Source: Chiloscyllium plagiosum (lineage: Eukaryota). From it: a DNA stretch of 64,000 nt. The stretch is taken from assembly GCF_004010195.1 (NCBI RefSeq), contig NC_057719.1, positions 12,927,727 through 12,991,726 of the forward strand, read 5' to 3'. The translations under genes and the position numbers were made by a program. Under the pieces are notes generated by a model. The model saw only the letters and a program-made list of their open reading frames with translations, made no database searches and had not been told where the DNA came from. This document shows, one piece after another, positions 38,976 to 49,610 of the stretch (position 1 is its first letter; each line of letters starts with the position of its first letter).

Positions 38976-39998
38976 ACTCAACTGCTGTGCAACACAGCTT
39001 AATCAAGACATTGAGATATATTCAAGGCAGCTCACCACGACTTTGTATAGAACAGTAGGCTATTCAGCCCTTTGAGCCAGTGCTGCCATTCAAATGATCT
39101 GTGGTCTAACTCCATATCCTTTGATACTTTTATTGAACACAAATTTTTCAGATTTAAAAATGACAACTGGTCTAACATCGAATGCCATTTGTGGTGGAGT
39201 GTTCAAAACATTTAACACCCATTGTGTGTAGAAATACTTCTAACGTCTGTCCTGAATAGTCCAGCCTAGTTTTTAGACTATGCCCCCTAGATCTGCAATC
39301 TCCAACCAATGGAAATATTTTACATTTTTCTACCGTCTTTTCCTGTTAATGTCTTGAAGACTTCAATCAGATTGTTTTCCTTGCACAAAACCATGCTGAC
39401 TAGCCCTAATCAATTTTTGCCTCCTAAATGTCCATAAATCCTATCTTTTATGTTCTTGAACCTTCTCTAGTATCTCGCATTCACTCAATACTATGGAGAC
39501 CACAAGTGTACATAGTACTGATCTAAGCAAGGTACAATATACTTTTTAATTCATTATGGGATGCGGGCATTGCTGACCAATTTATGCTCATTCCTAATAG
39601 CCCTGGAGAAGCCCTGGTAGTGAGCAGCCTTCCTGAACTGCTGCTGTTCACAATCACTGTATGGAGTTCCAGGATTATGACCCATCAACAGTGAAGGAAC
39701 AGCAATGTATTTCTAAGTCAGGAAACTTTTCAATTCTATTCCTTCTGAAATTAGCTTTAAATGTTGGGGCATTTGTCTTTATCATTTATGACTTTATTAA
39801 CCAGTGTTGTTATTTAGCGTGATCTGTGTAAATGCTCTCCTAGTTCTTTCACTCTTCGGTATATATGGGGTCTTTCTGCAATGCACTGTCCCATCTCATG
39901 ACGGATGTATATTAGTCAGTGAGGCAAGAGGAAGAGTCCACAATATCAGTATATGCATTTATTTTTCTCTTTCATTGAGTACTAACTTGATTACTTAC

Positions 39999-40126
39999 CA
40001 GGGAGTTGGCCACAATGAGGCAGATGGCCACAATAGTGATTTGTCTGAAGCCAACAACATCTTTCTCACCCAGAACCTTGAAGAAGTGGCTTGGAATAAT
40101 TCCTACCTGATAGATTATCAGCTGCT
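39999..40126 (-). CDS. ABCD4: ABCD4 exon 3
   Basis: EQLIIYQVGIIPSHFFKVLGEKDVVGFRQITIVAICLIVANSL; AG acceptor, GTAAG donor; 128 bp. Confidence 0.93.
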
Positions 40127-40347
40127 CTGTTAAAAGAAACCAACACAGTTACACATGATCACATTACATAGGTAGGTACAGGTATATTTAATCAAGATCT
40201 GGGATGTTATGACACAATTCAGGAGGAGGTGGGACTTGAGTCAGGTTTCTGGACCCAGAGGTAGGGACACTGGCAGTGCACCACAATAGCTCTCCTGAGA
40301 CATCTTGTGGTACATACAGAGGTAATTCAGAGAAGGATCACATGGAC

Positions 40348-40431
40348 CCATGAGTCCATATTCCTTACTGAGTGAGCATTTTGAATTTTAAAATTCAAAA
40401 TGCCCACTCAGTCAGGAATATGGACTCATGG
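40348..40431. repeat. 84-bp spacer-less palindrome
   Basis: 42-bp arms with 2 mismatches, centre tttt|aaaa at 40389/40390. Confidence 0.9.
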
Positions 40432-40899
40432 ATCTCCATGGAGTGGAGTAGGCCATTTGGTCCATCTTTGATAGAGCTAATCAATAAGTTTCTCTCCCAT
40501 TCTTTTCCCATAATCCTGTGTAGTCTCTGAGCAAAGTACCAGATGTGACTCCCATCTGAGCTACTTGGACATTACTTGGGGGAACCTGAATTTTCTATGG
40601 TGTGCGTGGATTTGTTGAAGGCTTGTGGTGCAGTGGATAATGCCTCCACCTCTGAGCTGGAAGGTGCAGGTTCAAATCCCATCCCAGGATTGATGGACAA
40701 GGAAGGTACATCCATGATTCTTCCAAACCACACCAATGGGACAGTGGGAAATATTCTTAGTTATTCCTATTCTTAGGAAATATTCATAGCTCCTGACTAC
40801 AACATCATGTAAATGAGGTGGTGGAGTGGCATTACTAATCAGGGATAGTATCACAGCTGCACAAACGGAGATTATCGAGGTGGGTTTGTCTACAGAGTC

Positions 40900-43310
40900 A
40901 GTATGAGTGCACGTCAGAAACAGGAATGAGCAGTCACTTTATCAAGAGTTTTCTACAGGCCCAAGAGCAACAGAGACACTGAGGAGCAAATTGGGAGGTA
41001 GATTTTGGAAAGGTGCAGAAGTAACAGTGTTGTTGTCATGGTTTACTTTAACTTTCCTAATATTGATTGGAATCTACTTAGTTCAAATAGTTTGGGTGAA
41101 GCAGTTTTTGTCAGGTGTGTCCAGGAATGATTTCTGATGCAATATGTGGATAGGTCAATTAGAGGGGAGGCCATATTGGATTTGGTTTGAGAATGAGATG
41201 TTGGAAAAGCATAGCAGGTCAGGCAGCATTCCAGGAGCAGGAGAATCAACGTTTCGGGAAATAGCCCTTCATCACAACCACCTGAAGGAGCACCACTCTG
41301 AAAGCTAGCGCTTCCAAATAAACCTGTTGGACTATAGCTTGGTGTTGTGTGATTTTTAACTTAGTACATCTGGTCAAGAGGAAAACAAAAGCTTACTTAA
41401 GGTTGAGGAAGAAAGGATCAGACAGGGCTTTAGAGGGTTACAAAGTAGCCAGGAAGGAACTGAAGAATGGAGTTAGGAGAGATTGAAGAGGGCATGAAAA
41501 AGCTTTAGCAGTTAGGATTAAGGAAAACCCTAAGGCTTTCTATACTTATGTGAGGAAAAAGTGGATGGCCAGAGTGAGGTTAGGACCAATCAGGGATAGT
41601 GGAGGGAACTTGTGCCTGGACTCAGAGAGGTCCTTAATGAATACTTTGCTTCAATATTCTCTGAGAGGGACCTTGGCATTTGAGAGGACAGCGTGAAATG
41701 GACTGATACGTTAGAACAGGTTGATGTTAGGAAGGAGGATGTGCTGAACTGCGCCAGACGGGATATACCCTAGATTTCCACAGGTAGCAAGGGAAGGGTT
41801 TGCTGCGCCTTTGGTGATGATCTTTGCATCCTCACTGTCCACTGATGATTGGAGGTGGCACACGTTATTCCCTTATTCAAAAAATGGAATAGGGATAATC
41901 CTGGGAAATACAGACCAGTCAGTCTTATATTTGTGGTATGCAAAGTACTGGGGAGGATTCTGAGAGACAGGATTTATGATTATTTGGAAATCCATCGTTT
42001 GATTAGTGATAGTCAGCACGGCTTTGTGAGGGGTAGGTCATGCCTCACAAATCTTCTTGAATCCTTTGAGGATGTGACAAAACATATTGATGAAGGTACA
42101 GCAGCGGATGTGGTGTACATGGATTTAGGTAAGATGTTAGATAAGGTTCCCTATGGTAGGATCATTCAGAAAGTAAGGAGGCATGGTATACAGGGAAATG
42201 TCGCTGTCTAGATATAGAATTGTTTGACCCATAGAAGACAGAGGGTGGTAGTAGATGGAAAGTATTCAACCTGGAGCTCGATGACAGTGCTGTTCCGCAG
42301 GAATTGGATCTGGAACCTTTGCTCTTTAGGTTTTTTATAAATGACTTGGATAAGGAAGTGAAAGTGTGGGTTAGTAAGTTTGCCGATGACACGAAGATTG
42401 GTGGAAATGTGGATAGTGTAGAGGACCATTGTAGGTTGCAAGAGACATTGACAGGATGCAGAACTGGGCTAATAAGTGGCAGATGGAGTTCAACCTGGAA
42501 AAATATGAAGTGCTTCATTTTGGAAGGTCGAATTTGAATACAGAATACAGTATTAAAGGCAGGATTCTTGGCAGTGTGGAGGAACAGAGGGATCTTGGGG
42601 TCCTTATCCATAGATCCCTCAAAATTGCCACTCAGGTCGATAGAGTTGTTAAGAAAGCGTATGGTGTGTTGGCTTTCATTAGCACAGGGATTGGGTTTAA
42701 GAGGCACAAGGTTATGCTGCAGCTCTATACAGTCCTGAGTTAGCCCACACTTGGAATATTGTGTGGAGTTCTGGTTGCCTTGGGAGATGTCCGAGGTAGG
42801 TTCTTTACACAGAGAGTGGTGGGTGAGTGGAATGCACTGCCAGCAGTGGTACAACTTAAAAATACAGGGTAGACCATTTAGGACAGAGATGAGGAGAAAC
42901 TTCTTCACCCAGAGAGTGGTGGCTATGTGGAATGCTCTGCCCCAGAGGGCAGTGGAGGCCCAGTCTCTGGATTCATTTAAGAAGGAGTTGGATAGAGCTC
43001 TCAAAGATAGTGGAATCAAGAGTTATGGAGATAAGGCAGGAACTGGACACTGATTAGGAATGATCAGGCATGATCATGTTGAATGGCGGTGCAGGCTCGA
43101 AGGGCTGAATGGCCTACTCCTGCACCTATTGTCTATTGTCGCAGAGTCGGATACATTAGGGACATTTAAATGACTCTTGGATGGAAGGCACATGGAAGTT
43201 AGTACAATAAAGATCATGTAGGTTAAGTCTGATCTTAGAGTATAATAGAACGCTGTCACAGCATCAAGGGCTGAAGGGCCTGTACTGTGCTGTGCTGTTC
43301 TATGTTCTTT
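40900..43310 (+). mobile_element. degraded CR1 LINE (endonuclease remnant to 3' tail) with nested insertions
   Basis: FNFPNIDW-like, PGKYRPVSL, QHGFVRGRSCLTNL, SKFADDTKIGG; nested pLTR fragments (41190-41365) and a CR1 tail (42855-43140). Confidence 0.85.
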
Positions 43311-43718
43311 GTTTAAATATCCTTGCCCCTTATCATTACTCATGAGAAGTTAGAGACAAGAATTGCATGGGTATGCGTACACTAAAGGAGGTAATTGTTC
43401 ATGATCAAAACTCAAGCATGAATTGAAGTATGAGCTACTGGAGACTATAACTGCATGGAGGAGAGAGAAAGAAATTGCAGAATTACCATTAAATGGGAAG
43501 TTTTCAGAAAACATATCCTATACATGAGGACAGCTGCGAACAGGATTACAGAAGCAAAGAGCTTTTTATTTTCAAAAGTTATACCATCAATCACCCTAAT
43601 CTGTGGATGTAACCAGAACAAAATGCATCCCCCGATTTGACTGCTTGCATCGAACTGATAGGGTAAACAGAAGTTAGTTCATTGCTACTATCTTAATGCA
43701 ACTGGACATCAGACTCAC

Positions 43719-43837
43719 CGAGGAGGACAACAAACAGCAGTGTAGCAAACATCAGAACACTCTGCGATGTCCAAGATGGGAAGAGGATTGCCTGGATTTG
43801 GCAGAATCGTCTGACAAACAGAAGGTCCAGCTTTGGT
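43719..43837 (-). CDS. ABCD4: ABCD4 exon 2
   Basis: PKLDLLFVRRFCQIQAILFPSWTSQSVLMFATLLFVVLL; CAG acceptor, G|GTGAGT donor; 119 bp. Confidence 0.93.
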
Positions 43838-45299
43838 CTGGAAGTATAGAACAATGAGCATATAGTCATGCAAAACTGATATGGTTTTCTCCTTTTATCT
43901 GGGAGGGAAGTAGCTTGCAGACCAATATCACTCAAGGCAGCCATTTTTTTTGTTGGGAGGAGACATGTTGGCCTGGGATATGTGGTCTTAATGCAGCTTT
44001 CTTCCCATAGCAACACAGCTGAGGTAGGGAAGGGAACGGGAGGTGACCAACTTAACTCTATTAATTGGTTACGAGGAGCACCAAATCACCATGACAAAAA
44101 AAAAACACCCGAAAGTACTGAGAATACTGAAACGAAAACAGAAATTGCTGATAAATCTCAGCAAGTCTGACAGCATCTGTAGAGAGAAATTAGGTGGCAC
44201 GGTGGTTAGCACTGCGCCAGAGACCCAGGTTCAATTCCAGCCTCGGGCAACTGTCTGTGTGGAGTTTGCACATTCTCCCCGTGTCTTAGGTGAATTGGCC
44301 ATGCTAAATTGCCGTAGTGTTAGGTGAAGGGATAAATGTAGGGGAATGGGTCTGGGTGGGTTGCTCTTCAGAGGATCAGTGTGGACTTGTTGGGCCGAAG
44401 GGCCTGTTTCCACACTGTAAGTAATCTAAATTTCTTTCTGAGGAAGGGCCGCTGGATCCGAAACGTTAATTCTGATTTCTCTCCACAGATGCTGCCAGAC
44501 TTGCTGAGATTTTCCAGCAATTTCTGTTCTTGCACCATTTCATCATCTTGTCAGCATTCTGTTAGATGTGACTGATTATCTAAATCACTTAGGGAACAAA
44601 AATGAATATTCTTTTCAGGAAAAAAAATCAATTTATACCAATGTTGACATATTCCCTAGGAGACAAGAGCTTAACTACACATTGTGGTGGGCTGCTGAGG
44701 GCTCACTGAATTGTGCTTGGCTGGGGAGGGACCATGGACCCCTGAATCCTTTTAATGCACTTGACTAATGACATGTGCAAATCTGCTGAGCCTGACTGAA
44801 AATGGCACTTATTGCCAGTCATTAATGTATATGCTAGCCAGTTGGAGCCATAATACCAACTTTTCCCAGCTGCTATCAGTTCTGAAGCAACATCACTAGA
44901 CTTGAAATGTTAACTCTGCTTTCCCTCTTCAGATGCTGTTCGACCTGCTGAGTTTTTTCAGCAATTTCTGTCTTACCACAGAGGACTGCTGGATCTTTGA
45001 ACGTATTTGGGGTTGAGGTTGACAGATTTTTGATTCGTAAGGAATTAGAGGAGCTCTGGGGAAAAAGGCAGAAAAGTAGAGTTGAGGATTATCAGATCAG
45101 CCGCAATCTCATTGAATGGTGGAGCAGACTCAAGGGTGTGAATGGCCTAATTCTCATCTTATGGTCTAAATTAATGGTGAACAGATTTCCTGAACTGCCA
45201 TAGTTGACTTTCAATGTTGTTAGGGATGTTGATCCAGTGACATGGAAGGAACAGCAACATGTTTCCATGTCAGGATGATGGATGAACGGCTCCATGTAG

Positions 45300-46695
45300 T
45301 GATAAATGGCTCCATTTCGGGATGGCAGGCAGTGACCAGTGGGGTACCGCAGGGATCAAGAGGTTAGTAACATTAAAGCTCACGGTATCGAGGTCATGTA
45401 TTGACATGGATAGAGAACTGGTTGGCAGACAGGAAGCAGAGAGTTGGAATAAAAGGGGTCCTTTTCAGAGTGGCTGGCAGTGACGAGCGGGTTACCGCAG
45501 GGTTCAGTGCTGGGACCCCAGCTGTTCACAAGATACATTAATGATTTGGATGTAGGAATTGAATGCAATGTCTCCAAATGTGCAGGTGACACTGAGCGGG
45601 GTGGCAGTGTGTGCTGGGAGGAGGATGCTAAGAGGCTGCAGGGTGACTTGGACAGACAGGCTGAGTGGGCAAATGCAATATAATGTGGATCAATGTGGGG
45701 TTATCCACTTTGGTGGCAAAAACAGGAAGGCAGACTATTCTCTAAATGGTAGCAGTTTAGGAAAAGGTGACGTGCTATGAGACCTGGGCTTCATAGTGGA
45801 ACAGTCACTGAAGGGTGGTATGCGGGGTCAGCAGGCAGCGAGGAATGCTAATGACGTGCTGGCCTTCATAGCGAGAGGATTGGGGTATTTTAAAAATACG
45901 GGGTAGACCATTTAGGACAGAGCTCAGGAGAAACTTCTTCACCCAGAGAGTGGTGGCTGTGTGGAATGCTCTGCCCCAGAGGGCAGTGGAGGCCCACTCT
46001 CTGGATTCATTTAAGAAGGAGTTGGATAGAGCTCTCAAAGATAGTGGAATCAAAGGTTATGGAGATAAGGCAGGAACAGGATACTGATTAGGAATGATCA
46101 GCCATGATTATATTGAATGGCGGTGCAGGCTCGAAGGGCTGAATGGCCTACTCCTGCACCTATTGTCTATTGAACTTGCATGTGGTGGTATCTGTCTTTC
46201 TAGATGGTAGCTGTCACGGGTTTGAAAACAGTGATGTTCCGCAAGGAACAAACCTTTGTAATATTTGGAAATGATTTGGATGAAAATGTACGTGGTCTGA
46301 TTAGTAGGTTTGCAGATGACATGAAAACTGGTGGAGGTGCAAAAGGTGAGGAAGGTCATCAAAAGATACAGCAGGATGTAGATCAGTTGGAAAGCTGAGT
46401 GGAAAAAAGGCAGATGGAGTTTAATTTGGACAAGTGAGAGATGAGACATTTTGGGAGGTAAAGTACAAGAGGAGTTCAGTAAATATCAGGATCCTTCGGA
46501 GCACTGAAATACAGAGAGATCTTGGGATGCAAGTCCACAACTCACTGAAAATGGTAATGCAAGTGGCTAAGCAGGAGTACAGCATGCTTTAGAGGGTTGT
46601 GGGTCAAACTCAGGCAAATGGGACTAGTTTAATTGGGAAACCTAGTTGGCATGAACGAGATAAAGGGCCTGTTTCTGCGCTGCACAACTCTATGC
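45300..46695 (+). mobile_element. cluster of CR1 fragments
   Basis: SGLPQGSVLGPQLF..YINDLD, ISRFADDMK; CR1 tail at 45890-46172. Confidence 0.75.
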
Positions 46696-47206
46696 TTTCC
46701 TTGCTTCTTTTGTTTGCTTCAGAACCGCATTGGTGCTGAGCCATGACGACTTCCACAGCTGAATAGCCCAACCACACTCTGGATCCAAGAATGAAGGAAC
46801 AATGCCTCCCCTCGGTCTGCCGGTGCCCAGGGACATCACCCTGGCACATGAGGGTGGTGAAGGGATGCCAGCGATGGAGAAGGCACGGTTGGCAATGAAA
46901 ACATTTGGAAGGTGGTCAGGTAAAGTATGGGTGGGTGAGGGTGTGGGTACACCTCAGCAAGGGAGTGGGCGCATACTGGCAGAGCCTGCAGAAGTCACAG
47001 AATGCCTGGAGTGCAGCAACAGGCCATTCGGCCCATCGAGTCTGTGCCGACCCTCTGAACATCCCACCCTGTCCCCCCATTGGCCAATCTACACATGTCA
47101 GCGCCCCTCCCCTCCACTCCACTCCACTCCACTCCACCTCAGCTTTAACCAGTGGGGTTTTAATCACTCCGCCCCTTTCGCATGCTGCGGGTTCCCCGGG
47201 CCCTAC

Positions 47207-47256
47207 CTGCTGCCTCTCGGCTCCGGGGGCCGGCCCTGCCGCCTGGACCCTGACAT
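47207..47256 (-). CDS. ABCD4: ABCD4 exon 1 (coding part)
   Basis: ATG in GAGCGATGT context inside a CpG island; MSGSRRQGRPPEPRGS(R); CAG|GTAGGG donor in phase 2, matching exon 2. Confidence 0.75.
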
Positions 47257-47500
47257 CGCTCCCTCAGCACCAGCTGGGGAGTCAGGAGACTGGGCAAGGT
47301 CAGGAGGGGCGCGGTGACGTCACCACGCGCTGGGTTCGCGGCGACGTCACGCACTGGGCCCCCGCTGGGCGCCATGACTTCAGGCACCCGCCCTGAGCGG
47401 CGCGATGACGTCGGGCGCCGGGTTAGCTGGGGCGCGGTGACGTCGCGCACAGTGACCAACCCGGTGACGTGATGACGTTTGGTGCGCCGGCCACGTGACT

Positions 47501-47661
47501 ACAGCCCTCCCCCTCTTCTCGTCTGTGGTTTGAGGCGTCTGCTCCCTGGGTTCAGGCCCCGCTTTCCTCCCTCGGGCCTGAACAGCCCTCCCCCTCTTCT
47601 CGTCTGTGGTTTCCCTCTGCCCCTGAGAGGGTTCAGGCCCCGCTTTCCTCCCTCGGGCCTG
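47501..47661. repeat. tandem duplication, ~81-bp unit x2, in the promoter
   Basis: acagccctccccctcttctcgtctgtggttt...gggttcaggccccgctttcctccctcgggcctg occurs at 47501 and 47582. Confidence 0.9.
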
Positions 47662-49610
47662 CGCCCCCTCGTTAGCTGACGGTTTTCTCCTGTCCACATT
47701 CGACCGCGGAGCTTCCCGGGCAAATAGCCCACCGTCGGAGGCGAAGAGAGCAGCAACACCGCGGATGTGGGAAATCTGAGAGACACAGCAGGTCTGGCAT
47801 CTTCTGTGGAGGGGAGAGGGAGAACAGCGCTTTGCTCACAGCTGGTGTAAATGTTCAATACAGCATAGAAACAGGCCCTTCCGCCCATCATGACCCTGCA
47901 AGTCATGTAACAAACATCAAGTTGCACTAATCCCCAATTGCCTGCACTCGGTCTGTAGCCTATTGGCACTAAGTGCAGTTCTTAAATATTGGCAGAGTAC
48001 CTGCCCCCACCGCCTTCTCAGGCATTGCATTTCATATTCCTACCATTCTTTGCTGAGGCAAAGACCTGCTGGTATCATCACTGGATTCCCAGATAATGTG
48101 CTAGGTCCCTGTTTTGAATCATTCCACAGCATAGTGGAATTTGAATGTAATTTTTAAAATCTGGAATTAAGAGTCTAATGATGAATAGAATGGCCTTTAT
48201 TTTTGACTGTGAATCCATTGTTGGTTGTCGGAACAACCTATCTGGTTCACTAACGTTCTCCATCCTTACACGGTCCGATCTACATGCAACTCCAGACCTA
48301 CTGCAATGTGGTTTGACTCTCAACTGCCCTCTGGTCAATCACTGAATTGTGAATTCAAACTCTCCTTCTCCCTCATCAAATAAAACAAACAACCGCAGAT
48401 GCTGGAGATCTGAAACAAAAACACAAATCGCTATAGAAACTTAGCAGATCTGGCCACATCAGAGGAGAGAGAAAGCAGAGTTAATGTTATGGGGCCACTA
48501 ACTCTTCTCTCTCTTGGGATCTGCCAGGGAAGTTCTGAGGCCTCCATCCCCTTCCACTTTCACCCACAGTCTGTACAGTACTATGTAGTTACAGCACAGA
48601 AGGAGGTTGTTCAGCTTCTCTCTTCAGTGATGTGGAAAAGCTGGTGCTGGATTGGGGTGGACAAAGTTAAAAATCATACCACACGAGGTTATAGTCTAAC
48701 AGGTTTATTGGAAGTCCATGCTTTCAAAGCGCTGCTCCTTTGTGAGCTACCCCACTAGCTATCTGAGGAAGGAGCAGCACTCTGAAAGCTGTGCTTCCAA
48801 ATAGACCTGTTGGATTATAACCTGTTATTGTATGATTTTTCTGTTTTCATGCCATCTCTCAATAAGAGCAGCTGATTGGTCCAATGTACTGCCTTTTTTC
48901 CTGTCAACCCGCTATTTTCTTTTGATAATGATCATTTTGAAAGCCATGATCCAATCTGTCGAGTACACTAACTCTACAGCATTGCATTCCAAATCCAAAC
49001 CACTTGCTGTGGAAAAAGTAATTTCAATGTTTCACCGTTGGTCCTTTTGCCAAGTATTTGAAATCAATATGACTCAACATATGTTCCAGGATAAAAACAA
49101 CGACTGTAGATGCTGGAAACCAGATTCTGGATCAGTGCTGTCCTCGGATGCTGCCTGAATTGCTGTGCTCTTCCAGCACCACTGATCCAGAATATGTTCC
49201 AGGATGTACAGCTGAGTCTCTGGTAAGGCCACATTTGGAATATCGTGAGCAAGTTTGGCCCCCATATTTAAGGATGGATGTACTGCCTTTGGAGGATTCC
49301 AGAAGAGGTTAGGAGGTTTACAAGAATGATCCACTAGTAGGACAGATAGGGACCCAAGGGCACAATCTCTGAATGAAGGCACAACCTTTTAGAATTGAGA
49401 TGAGGAGGAGGTTCTTCACCCAGAGACTGGGGAATCTGTGGAACTCATAGCCTCCACAGCACCGTGTGGCAAAGTCATGGAGATTATGTAAGACTGAGAT
49501 GGATACGTTTATGATTAGTAAGGGAATCGAAGGTTATGGGGAGGAGGCAGGAGAGTGGTTTTGAGAAACATATCCATGATCAAATGGTGGAACAGACTCA
49601 GAATTTCACT

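Larger units (their letters stand above)
47160..47770 (-). promoter_or_regulatory. CpG island / ABCD4 promoter with CRE-like array and CLEAR-type E-box
   Basis: Strongest CpG-rich block in the window, around exon 1; TGACGTCA at 47315, further CRE-like sites at 47342, 47375, 47406, 47438, 47465, 47473; GTCACGTG on the minus strand within 47491-47500. Confidence 0.8.

Noticed and set aside
40619..40690. tRNA-like sequence
   Set aside because: A/B boxes only, with imperfect stems; more likely a SINE head than a tRNA gene.
42162..43019. 285-aa minus-strand ORF
   Set aside because: Antisense to CR1 fragments.
46802..47969. Several 100-170-aa ORFs over the CpG island
   Set aside because: Expected from stop-poor GC-rich sequence; only the 50-nt exon 1 has splice and phase support.
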